DNA of 64,000 bases from Bacilli bacterium (GTDB lineage: Bacteria; Bacillota_I; Bacilli_A; RF39; UBA660): contig JBJEED010000008.1 of assembly GCA_051872765.1 (NCBI GenBank), forward strand, positions 6,237-70,236, in the 5' to 3' direction. This document shows positions 46,256 through 55,092 of the stretch, in pieces. The notes beneath the pieces were generated by a model that was given only the letters and a program-made list of their open reading frames with translations, was not told where the DNA came from and made no database searches. Both the position numbers and the translations under genes were made by a program. The first letter of the stretch is position 1. The number at the start of each line of letters is the position of its first letter.

Positions 46256-46434
46256 ATAATGGTGAAGAAGTTTTAGATGATGTCATATCATTTGATGATG
46301 TAATAGATGTTTTTACAAATGATGATTTAGAAAATTTAGAATCATTTGATGATATTAATAATTATCAATTATTTGATGATAATATAGAACAATTAGAAGA
46401 ATTTTTATCAAGAGAAGACGATGAAGAGTGGTAA
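46252..46434 (+). CDS. 60-aa hyper-acidic protein with three FDD motifs
   Basis: MNNGEEVLDDVISFDDVIDVFTNDDLENLESFDDINNYQLFDDNIEQLEEFLSREDDEEW. ATGA overlap with the upstream gene. The next ATG follows its stop after 3 nt. Confidence 0.6.
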   Translation: MNNGEEVLDDVISFDDVIDVFTNDDLENLESFDDINNYQLFDDNIEQLEEFLSREDDEEW

Positions 46435-46437
46435 TTT

Positions 46438-48630
46438 ATGTTTAATAGTTTAGATGAGTACAAAAAAAGTATTCAAAAGTTATATATATATTATAAAGAA
46501 GTATCTAGTTATAATGATGAATATAAACAAGATTATGATACTTGTTTAAATATATTTAATGATATTAATAAGTTATCTAGTTTTAGTGAACTTGAAAACT
46601 ATATGAGTAAATTAAGTAATAAAGATAATAATATTATATCTGAAATATGCATTAGATTTTCCCCATATAGTAGTCTTGAAAATTTAAAAAAGAAAATATA
46701 TTTAGCTATAAAAAATATTAAATCTAGATATCCAAATATAAATAAAAAAGATATTAATAAAGCTAAATTTATGATTAATGTATTTAATGATATTTGCTAT
46801 TGTGATACAGAATCGATTACTGATTATTTTAATAATTTAAAAAGAAATCTAAGTAAATATAATTTAGAAGAAAAAAAGATTGTTTATGAATTATTAGGAA
46901 TGTATAAGGAGTATTATCCTTCAAAAAATATATCTACATTATATAATGAAAAACTAGCAAATAGTATAAATAAAATTAAAAATATAGATTTTAGTAAAAA
47001 AATTAAGACTATATTACCAAAAAGGACTAAATCATTATCAGATCCTAATTATAGTATATTTTATAATGATATATTGTTTTGTAAAAAAATAGATCATAAA
47101 GTTACAATGGATATGGTTAATGATAATAAACTTAATGAATGGGAAATAGATTATTTAACTCAGATAAATAATCAGATGGTATCAGACCCATACTTATTTT
47201 TAGCTTTACCGCTTAGTAATTTAAGCATTTCAATTTTAAAGAAATATAGTAAATATATGCCTAATATTGAAGAGGTATATAATAGGGCTTCTATGCTATA
47301 TAAGCAAGCAATTCTTCTTAATGATAGATATGTAAATAAAGAAAAATTGAGTGAAGAAGAAGAGAATATATTATTTAAATTTCTAGACTATTATATATCT
47401 AAAAATAGACTTGATAGAGATTTTAATTATGAGTTATATATTTATTATTTAATGAATAAAAAATCTACTTTATCATTTCATGAAGCCTCTTTCTTAACAA
47501 AGTATTTAGGATATAAAAAATGTGCTGATGAAAATATAGAAAGTATAGATATATCATTTTGTAGATATGATAAAAATATATTAAATGAATCCAGTGATAC
47601 TTGTGGGTTATATTCAAACGGAATTGTAACTATTAATAAAAGGCTACTAAAAGATTGTGTAATTAATGAAGAAGATAAAACTACTTTATATGTACTAAAA
47701 GTATTATTTCATGAATTAAGACATGCTTTGCAAGAAAAAGAAAAAAATGATAAGACTAATAGTCAATTGTGTTATGATGATATAATATTTAATATAATAA
47801 ATAGATATAATATGAAAGATTATGATATAAATTATTCTGAGTATTATAATGAATTAGATGCTAATAAAGCATCATATGATGATGTACTTGAGATATTATT
47901 AAGGTATAGAAATAATGATGAAATGAATATGTTATGGGCTCATGGTAGAGCAAATTCAAATGCAAATAGGGAAATGTTTACAAATAGAAAAAGAAAGTCT
48001 ATGTTTAAAAAAATAATTAGACCAACTGCTATTCATGAAAAGGAATATACAGATAGATTTTTTGCAAAAAATCCTAAGAAATTAGAAGACTTTCCATTAT
48101 TTAAACAATTATATGATGAAAAAGGTAATCCTTATAATTTAGATACTTTCTTAACAATTTATCATAAAGGAAAGCAACAATATTATTATAATTTTTTTGT
48201 AGCTTTAATATATGAAGGACAAACCATTAATAAAGAAAGTATAAAAAATAAAACAAACACAGATAAAATTAATATGATTAGAAATATGTGTAATTTATTT
48301 TCAATTTTATTAGATAGATTATTTATATCTAGAGAAATAATATATAACTCTGATAGTATTAAAGAATATGGAAGCAAAAAAATAATTTGTGATAATATTC
48401 TTATAGACATTAAAATTGGTAAAAAAATAATGTTATGGTATAAAAATATATTAGAAGATTCAAAAGAATTAAAAGATATGATTTCTAAATTAGATAAAGA
48501 TTTATTAGATGATTTTAATACAAAATGTATGTGGTTTGATAAAATAATAAAAGAGTTTGAAGAAAAAGGTGTCATATTGAAAGGTAATGCTATAAATATC
48601 GTATATTCTTTATTTAATATAGTTAAATAA
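46438..48630 (+). CDS. 730-aa HExxH (gluzincin-like) protein of unknown function, paralog B
   Basis: LKVLFHELRHALQE (HELRH at 47710-47724), with YNELDANK about 45 aa downstream. Blocks shared with paralog A include DPYLF..LPLSNLS, LFKFL.YYIS.NR...FNYE, KY.GYKKC..EN, FF.KNPK.LE.-P.FKQ.YD..G.P, and NILIDxKIG. Confidence 0.7.
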   Translation: MFNSLDEYKKSIQKLYIYYKEVSSYNDEYKQDYDTCLNIFNDINKLSSFSELENYMSKLSNKDNNIISEICIRFSPYSSLENLKKKIYLAIKNIKSRYPNINKKDINKAKFMINVFNDICYCDTESITDYFNNLKRNLSKYNLEEKKIVYELLGMYKEYYPSKNISTLYNEKLANSINKIKNIDFSKKIKTILPKRTKSLSDPNYSIFYNDILFCKKIDHKVTMDMVNDNKLNEWEIDYLTQINNQMVSDPYLFLALPLSNLSISILKKYSKYMPNIEEVYNRASMLYKQAILLNDRYVNKEKLSEEEENILFKFLDYYISKNRLDRDFNYELYIYYLMNKKSTLSFHEASFLTKYLGYKKCADENIESIDISFCRYDKNILNESSDTCGLYSNGIVTINKRLLKDCVINEEDKTTLYVLKVLFHELRHALQEKEKNDKTNSQLCYDDIIFNIINRYNMKDYDINYSEYYNELDANKASYDDVLEILLRYRNNDEMNMLWAHGRANSNANREMFTNRKRKSMFKKIIRPTAIHEKEYTDRFFAKNPKKLEDFPLFKQLYDEKGNPYNLDTFLTIYHKGKQQYYYNFFVALIYEGQTINKESIKNKTNTDKINMIRNMCNLFSILLDRLFISREIIYNSDSIKEYGSKKIICDNILIDIKIGKKIMLWYKNILEDSKELKDMISKLDKDLLDDFNTKCMWFDKIIKEFEEKGVILKGNAINIVYSLFNIVK

Positions 48631-48684
48631 AAATAACTTTATCTATCTATATAGTTATGCTATAATTTACTAGAGGTTGTAAAT

Positions 48685-50340
48685 ATGCAAAGATTTAAAC
48701 AAATTATTATTGTATTTTTTGGTATATTACTTCTTAGTGGTTGTACATTTAATAGTCAAAATAATATGACTATAAATAAAGATGGGAAAATGATATATCA
48801 AATGTTAATTTCTTTTGATAAAGAAACTATATCAAAAATGATAATATCTGAAGATGAAAATGTAGAAGTTAATGAAGAAATAATGTATGAATATATAGAT
48901 AATGCTTTTGATAGTTCTAGTTTTGAGGGTTTAAAAAGAGAAAACTATTCAGATGAAAATTACATAGGATTTAAATATTTATATGAAATAGATAATATAG
49001 ATAAAATATCTGACAAAAATATAGATGAAGTAAATTTAAATGTATTTAATTCTAATAAGAAAATTACAGATATGAAATTATTTAAAAAAGATGAAAAAGA
49101 ATATTCTGCAAACTTCTCATTTAAATTAGATGAAGATATTGATCCTCAAAATATAACATTTAATACAAATTTTAGTGTTACACTTCCATATAAAGCACTT
49201 TCACATAATGCAAAAAGTATTACAGATAATGGAAAAACATTAAATTGGATAATAGATGTAACTAAAGATGATAATATTAAATTTACATTTTCTTTAACTA
49301 ATGTAAATTTAATAGAAGAAAGTTCTTTAATAATAGTATCAATTATAATATTGGCAGTTGTAATATTAAGTATATATAAGATTAAAGGTAAGAATAAAAA
49401 GAAAAATAAAATATTTTATATATTGTCTATATTAATAGAAATAATTATTATTGGAACTATTATATTTATTTATAATAAACCATCATATATATCATCTCTA
49501 ATCAAGCCAACAACTAAAGGATTAAGTAGTAGTTTGATTGAATATAAAGATAATATAATAACAGTATCATATAATAAATTAAATGATACCATGAATTCAC
49601 TTAATAAATTATTGACATATACAGAATCAACAGATGAACTATATACAAATATAGTTGATAATATGATGAAAAATGATGAACAAATAAAAATGTATGATTC
49701 TTCTGAAAACCAAAAAGTATTAGAAACAACAATATCAAAAGAGCAGGCAAAGGAATTAATTAAAAGTGAAGAAATAGAAAATGATATACTTTTAAAAATA
49801 ATATTTAATGATGTTGACAAAGATAAAGTTATAGAAGAAATAGATTATAAAATTAATAGAGAACAAATAATTAGAGAAAAAATAGTGGCTACTGCATTAG
49901 CAGAAGTTGGAAAAACGGGTGAAACATATTGGGAATGGTATTTAGGACATAGTTCAACGTTTATGGAATATTGTGCAGCGTTTGTTAGTTGGGTTGCTGA
50001 TAAGAATGGACAACTTGATAATGGAAATGTTCCAAAATTTGCATGGGTAAGCGCAGGAGTTGATTATTATAAGGATAAAGGTTGGTTTAAATATAATAAA
50101 GATTATGATCCAAAGCCTGGAGATATAGTATTCTTTAATTGGAATAGTGCTAATGACTTGATTGATCATGTTGCATTTGTAGAAAAATATGAAAATGGTT
50201 ATGTATATACTATTGAAGGGAACGTTGGTGGAAATTCAAGCATGTCGCGAGCAGAAAAAGCAAAAGTAAGAAAAGTAGTACAAAGAAAATATAAAAAGAA
50301 TAGTTTACATTTATATGGATATGGAGTTCCTGAATATTAA
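48685..50340 (+). CDS. lipoprotein with two internal TM segments and a C-terminal CHAP (cysteine/histidine amidohydrolase-peptidase) domain
   Basis: Lipobox LLLSGC. TMs at about aa 214-232 and 243-265. CHAP region MEYCAAFVSWVADKNG...PKPGDIVFFNW...DHVAFVEKYENGYVYTIEGN. Confidence 0.7.
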   Translation: MQRFKQIIIVFFGILLLSGCTFNSQNNMTINKDGKMIYQMLISFDKETISKMIISEDENVEVNEEIMYEYIDNAFDSSSFEGLKRENYSDENYIGFKYLYEIDNIDKISDKNIDEVNLNVFNSNKKITDMKLFKKDEKEYSANFSFKLDEDIDPQNITFNTNFSVTLPYKALSHNAKSITDNGKTLNWIIDVTKDDNIKFTFSLTNVNLIEESSLIIVSIIILAVVILSIYKIKGKNKKKNKIFYILSILIEIIIIGTIIFIYNKPSYISSLIKPTTKGLSSSLIEYKDNIITVSYNKLNDTMNSLNKLLTYTESTDELYTNIVDNMMKNDEQIKMYDSSENQKVLETTISKEQAKELIKSEEIENDILLKIIFNDVDKDKVIEEIDYKINREQIIREKIVATALAEVGKTGETYWEWYLGHSSTFMEYCAAFVSWVADKNGQLDNGNVPKFAWVSAGVDYYKDKGWFKYNKDYDPKPGDIVFFNWNSANDLIDHVAFVEKYENGYVYTIEGNVGGNSSMSRAEKAKVRKVVQRKYKKNSLHLYGYGVPEY

Positions 50341-50370
50341 AAATACATTTTTTGAAAATGTATTTTTTGT
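50340..50370 (+). terminator. rho-independent terminator
   Basis: aaaatacatttt (50340-50351) pairs with aaaatgtatttt (50355-50366), followed by T residues. Confidence 0.75.
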
Positions 50371-50467
50371 TAATAATAAAATAAAACTTATTTGTAAATA
50401 AAGAATTATTGTTTAATGAATGTATAAATGTTATAATTTATATAAGTAGATAAGTAGGAGGTATGAT

Positions 50468-51160
50468 ATGATTTATACAAAAGAAGTAGAAAATATGTGT
50501 AAGGTAGCTAAAGGTGTAGAACATGGACCTGCTCCTATTCCAGAAGATGGCAAATGGGTTAAGGCTCGTGAAATAAAAGATATAAGTGGACTTACACATG
50601 GTATTGGATGGTGTGCTCCACAACAAGGTGCATGTAAGTTAACTTTAAATATAAAAGAAGGAATAATACAAGAAGCATTAGTTGAGACAATTGGATGTAG
50701 TGGTATGACTCATAGTGCTGCTATGGCAGGAGAAATATTAGTTGGAAAAACTATTTTAGAAGCATTAAATACTGATTTAGTTTGTGATGCAATTAATACA
50801 GCAATGAGAGAATTATTTTTACAAATAGTATATGGAAGAAGTCAATCAGCATTTTCTGAGGGTGGACTTGCAATTGGAGCTGGTCTTGAAGATTTAGGTA
50901 AAGGAACTAGGAGTCAAGTTGGAACAATTTATTCAACATTAGAAAAAGGACCTAGGTATTTAGAATTAGCAGAGGGATATATTGTTGAAGTTGGTCTTGA
51001 TGAAAAAGATGAAATAATTGGATATAAATATGTAAATATGGGTAAGATGATGGAAAATATTAAAAAAGGAATGGATGCTCTTGAAGCTATTGAAGCAGCT
51101 AGTGGAACTTATGGTAGATTTGATGAAGCTGTTAAGAAAATAGATCCAAGACATGAGTAG
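50468..51160 (+). CDS. NifU/IscU-N-terminal-like protein (usual partner of GGGtGRT proteins)
   Basis: GWCAPQQGACKLTLNIKEGIIQEALVETIGCSGMTHSAAMAGEILVGKTILEAL resembles the IscU/NifU scaffold fold with Cys residues. SD aggagg. Confidence 0.55.
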   Translation: MIYTKEVENMCKVAKGVEHGPAPIPEDGKWVKAREIKDISGLTHGIGWCAPQQGACKLTLNIKEGIIQEALVETIGCSGMTHSAAMAGEILVGKTILEALNTDLVCDAINTAMRELFLQIVYGRSQSAFSEGGLAIGAGLEDLGKGTRSQVGTIYSTLEKGPRYLELAEGYIVEVGLDEKDEIIGYKYVNMGKMMENIKKGMDALEAIEAASGTYGRFDEAVKKIDPRHE

Positions 51161-51169
51161 GAGGATATA

Positions 51170-52168
51170 ATGGCATTATTTGAAAGTTATGATAGAAGAA
51201 TTAAACAAATAGAAGAAGTAATGAAAAAATATGGTATTAAAGATTTTGATGATGCAAGAAAAATATGTACTGATAAAGGATTTGATCCATATGAAATAGT
51301 TAAAAGTATCCAACCAATTTGTTTTGAAAATGCTTGTTGGGCTTATACATTAGGTGCAGCAATAGCAATTAAATCAAATAGAATAAAAGCAAGTGAAGCT
51401 GCTGTAGCTATAGGAGAGGGATTACAAGCCTTTTGTATTCCAGGAAGTGTAGCAGATGATAGAAAAGTTGGTCTTGGTCATGGAAATCTTGCATCTATGT
51501 TATTATCAGAAGATACTAAATGTTTTGCATTTCTTGCAGGACATGAATCATTTGCGGCAGCAGAAGGAGCTATTGGAATTGCAAAAAGTGCTAATAAAGT
51601 TAGAAAGGAACCTTTAAGAGTAATTTTAAATGGTCTTGGAAAAGATGCAGCTCAAATAATATCTAGAATAAATGGCTTTACTTATGTTAAAACAGATTTT
51701 GATTTCTTTACAGGAAAAGTAAATGTAATTGAGAGAATTCCTTACTCTAATACAGAAAGAAGTAAGGTTAATTGTTATGGATGCAACGATGTAAGAGAAG
51801 GTGTCGCTATAATGCATATGGAAGGTGTTGATGTATCAATAACTGGTAATTCAACAAATCCTACTCGTTTTCAACATCCAGTAGCTGGAACATATAAAAA
51901 AGAATGTATTGAAAGAGGCAAAAAATATTTTTCAGTTGCATCTGGTGGAGGTACTGGAAGAACACTTCATCCAGATAATATGGCCGCAGGACCTGCTTCT
52001 TATGGTATGACAGATACTATGGGAAGAATGCATAGTGATGCTCAATTTGCTGGGTCATCAAGTGTACCTGCACATGTTGAGATGATGGGACTTATTGGTA
52101 TGGGAAATAATCCAATGGTAGGAGCAACTGTATCAGTATCAGTAGCGGTAGAGGAACATTGCAATTAA
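51170..52168 (+). CDS. GGGtGRT-family protein (function unknown)
   Basis: Contains the eponymous SGGGTGRTLHPDNMAAGPASYGMTDTMGRMH motif. SD aggagg. Confidence 0.8.
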   Translation: MALFESYDRRIKQIEEVMKKYGIKDFDDARKICTDKGFDPYEIVKSIQPICFENACWAYTLGAAIAIKSNRIKASEAAVAIGEGLQAFCIPGSVADDRKVGLGHGNLASMLLSEDTKCFAFLAGHESFAAAEGAIGIAKSANKVRKEPLRVILNGLGKDAAQIISRINGFTYVKTDFDFFTGKVNVIERIPYSNTERSKVNCYGCNDVREGVAIMHMEGVDVSITGNSTNPTRFQHPVAGTYKKECIERGKKYFSVASGGGTGRTLHPDNMAAGPASYGMTDTMGRMHSDAQFAGSSSVPAHVEMMGLIGMGNNPMVGATVSVSVAVEEHCN

Positions 52169-52181
52169 TAAAAATTAAGTT

Positions 52182-53063
52182 TTGTGGGTGATAAATGTGA
52201 AAAAATTTAAAATTGAAGGAACTAATGCAACTTTATTAAAAAGCATTGATAAAAAAATTATTAGAAAGAAAAAAATAAAGGGTCTATGTGCTTATCCAAG
52301 GATTGTTCCGCAAAATAAAATTCTAAAATTATTGAAAAATAGTAATTTAAGATATCCTAAATTAATAAGAAATAGATTAACAACGATTGATATTGAATGT
52401 ATAGAAGGAAAACCAATTGCTAATATTGATAAAAATTATCTAACAGGAATAGTTTGTAATTATATATATGAAATGAGTAAAATTGATTGTACATCTATAA
52501 AAAAATATTCAAAATGGACAAATAATTCTGAATTTTTATACTATCAGATAAATAACTTATTATTACTTGTTAGAAAAAGTGGATATATAGATATACTAAA
52601 GAAAATAGGTGTGGATTTTAATTCACTTTTAACACTAAAAAATATTAAACTTGATGATAGCAGAAGACAAATGTTAATACATGGAGATATTAACAAAAAT
52701 AATATTATTCAGGATAATAGCCAATATACACTAATAGATTGGGAATTATCTTGCTATGGTGATGTTGCATACGATTTAGCTTTATTTTTTGTAAATGAAA
52801 ATTATACTGAATCTGAAATGAAGGTAGTAGTTGATAGATTGTGTGGTTCATTGTTGTTAAATCCAAACACAATTGTTAATGATATTTCTGTTTATATGAA
52901 ATTTGAATATTATAGAAAAAGTATAGTAGGTTTTATTGAGGCAATAAATCTAAAAAATAAAAAGCAATCAAATGAAAATTTATTACAGCAAACTTATGAA
53001 TATTATTCAAAAATAACTAGGCCAATAATATTAGAAAATATTAAGAATATAATTAACAATTAA
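52182..53063 (+). CDS. APH/choline-kinase-family phosphotransferase
   Basis: Brenner/catalytic motif LIHGDINKNNII, plus TLIDWELSCYGDVAYDLA. It lies 13 nt downstream of the GGGtGRT gene. The start codon is uncertain (non-ATG 52182 or GTG 52197). Confidence 0.65.
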   Translation: MWVINVKKFKIEGTNATLLKSIDKKIIRKKKIKGLCAYPRIVPQNKILKLLKNSNLRYPKLIRNRLTTIDIECIEGKPIANIDKNYLTGIVCNYIYEMSKIDCTSIKKYSKWTNNSEFLYYQINNLLLLVRKSGYIDILKKIGVDFNSLLTLKNIKLDDSRRQMLIHGDINKNNIIQDNSQYTLIDWELSCYGDVAYDLALFFVNENYTESEMKVVVDRLCGSLLLNPNTIVNDISVYMKFEYYRKSIVGFIEAINLKNKKQSNENLLQQTYEYYSKITRPIILENIKNIINN

Positions 53064-53073
53064 AATAAATATT

Positions 53074-53104
53074 AAACATATACAATTGAGTATATGTTTT
53101 TTAG
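53074..53104 (+). terminator. rho-independent terminator
   Basis: aaacatata (53074-53082) pairs with tatatgttt (53091-53099), followed by a T-run. Confidence 0.7.
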
Positions 53105-53130
53105 TTTATTTATGATAAAATACTAAAATG

Positions 53131-53189
53131 CAACTAAAAATTGACAAAAAACAACTAAAAATTGGTAGTACGCAACTGGTTGTTATAAT
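53131..53189 (+). promoter_or_regulatory. promoter of the XRE gene overlapped by three 21-bp-phased CAACT repeats (candidate operator array)
   Basis: CAACTAAAAATTG occurs at 53131-53143 and again at 53152-53164. CAACTGGTTG lies at 53173-53182. TTGGTA (53162-53167), 16-nt spacer, TATAAT (53184-53189). Confidence 0.5.
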
Positions 53190-53216
53190 AGAATTTGGGT
53201 ATGAAAGGAGAAAAAA

Positions 53217-54596
53217 ATGAACTTAAAAGAAAACTTAAAAAAGATTAGAAAAGATAATAATTTATCACAAGAAGATTTAGCAGAAAAATTAGGAGTATCA
53301 AGACAATCGGTTTCTAAATGGGAATCTGGTCAAGCATATCCAGAAATGGATAAAGTGATACAAATATGTAATTTATTTAATTTGAATATTGATGATTTAT
53401 TAAATCAAAATATTAAGGAGGTAGAAAATAATAATAAATCTAGAACTAATATTAATAAATATATAGATGATTTTTTAGATTTTATTACTAAAACTATTAA
53501 AATGTTTTCTAGTATGAAGTTTAAGGATAAATTAAAATGTTTATTTGAACAATGTGTCGTAGTTGGAATGCTAGCCTTAATATTTTTATGTATTGGAGCA
53601 GTATTATTAGCGGTTGTAGATAATATTTTATATTTATTACCAGAGAGTATTAATTATGCTTTATATAATATCTTGAGTTCTATATATTTATTTATATCCG
53701 TCATATTAATTATTATAATTCTTATTCATGTATTTAAAACTAGATATTTAAATTATTATATTATTGTTGATGCTGATGAAGAAAATAATGAATTAATAGA
53801 TGAAACTAGAGTTGTTGAAAATAAAAATGTTGATTATAAATTTATAGAAGAAAAGAAAGAAAAAATTATTATTAGAGATCCTAAACATTCAGAATATAAA
53901 TTTTTAAATGGTATACTTAAGTGTTTATTGTTTGCTGTTAAAGTACTAGATGCATTTATTGGACTTTTCTTCTGTTTTACATTTGTAGTGTTTGTAATAG
54001 CTTTTGTAATATCGTTTTTGATAGCTAAGAGTGGGTTGTTATTTTTTGGTATATTATTAATTGTAATTTCATGTATTATAATAAATTATATTATTCTTAA
54101 TATCTCGTATAATTTTATTATTAATAAAAAGATTAAAAAAGTATTAATTGGCATGTTGATACTATTATCATTGGTTTTATTTGGAACAGGAAGTGGTTTA
54201 TCTCTTATTAGCATTAAAGATTTTAAAATATTAGAAACACCTAATTCTAATAATATTATTACAAGTGAAAGAATAATTGAAATGAGTGATGATCTTATTA
54301 TAGATGTAGAAGATAATAAGATTAAAATTATAGAAAGCGATAATAACGATTTAAGATTTGTTATAAAAAATATTAAGGGATGTAAAACTAAATTTTATGA
54401 AGGTGATTTAGATTTGATATATTATTATAATGTTTGTGATTTTAGCCCAGAATTATTTAGTGGATTTGTTGATTCGATAAATAATAAAGAAATATTAGAT
54501 TATTCATATAATGAAGTAGAATTATATACAAATGCTAAAAATATAGAAACATTAAAAACAAATAAAAAAAAGTTTTATCACTTTGATGAGTATTAA
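53217..54596 (+). CDS. XRE-family HTH regulator fused to a multi-TM region and a C-terminal extracytoplasmic domain
   Basis: LKKIRKDNNLSQEDLAEKLGVSRQSVSKWESGQAYPEMDKVIQICNLFNLNIDDLL, followed by at least 5 hydrophobic helices. Confidence 0.8.
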   Translation: MNLKENLKKIRKDNNLSQEDLAEKLGVSRQSVSKWESGQAYPEMDKVIQICNLFNLNIDDLLNQNIKEVENNNKSRTNINKYIDDFLDFITKTIKMFSSMKFKDKLKCLFEQCVVVGMLALIFLCIGAVLLAVVDNILYLLPESINYALYNILSSIYLFISVILIIIILIHVFKTRYLNYYIIVDADEENNELIDETRVVENKNVDYKFIEEKKEKIIIRDPKHSEYKFLNGILKCLLFAVKVLDAFIGLFFCFTFVVFVIAFVISFLIAKSGLLFFGILLIVISCIIINYIILNISYNFIINKKIKKVLIGMLILLSLVLFGTGSGLSLISIKDFKILETPNSNNIITSERIIEMSDDLIIDVEDNKIKIIESDNNDLRFVIKNIKGCKTKFYEGDLDLIYYYNVCDFSPELFSGFVDSINNKEILDYSYNEVELYTNAKNIETLKTNKKKFYHFDEY

Positions 54597-54672
54597 TAAG
54601 TAAAAAAGAATTGATATTTTAAAAGGATTGTAACTTACAAATTATAAGTTACAATCCTTTTTTATAATTATA

Positions 54673-55017
54673 CTATTTTTTATCAATTGTATTTTTAATA
54701 GATGAATAAGTTAATCCAATGTTAAGTAATATACCAACTATGTATCCAACAATTGAAGGTACACTATAATTATCTTGCAAAGATACAACTAATATTGCAT
54801 TGATTAAATAGCATCCTATATACAAATATAAATATGGTAATGGTTTTCCTTTTAGCATATAAACTAATGCAACTACTTCACCAATGCAAGTTAATGTTGA
54901 TATTATGTATATATAACCAGCATTAATTGAAAGTGCATTTGATAGTACTCCTATAGAAGCAATGACAAGAACAAAGATTAACCAAACTTTACCAATTGTA
55001 GGTATTTTTTCTGACAT
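54673..55017 (-). CDS. small membrane protein (114 aa, 4 predicted TM)
   Basis: Hydrophobic ORF with SD aaggagga upstream. No motif recognised. Confidence 0.5.
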   Translation of the reverse strand: MSEKIPTIGKVWLIFVLVIASIGVLSNALSINAGYIYIISTLTCIGEVVALVYMLKGKPLPYLYLYIGCYLINAILVVSLQDNYSVPSIVGYIVGILLNIGLTYSSIKNTIDKK

Positions 55018-55092
55018 ATTTTATCCTCCTTAATTATAATATAGCATATTTTTTATTAATTAAATAATTTTTTATTAATTTTATAACAAAGA

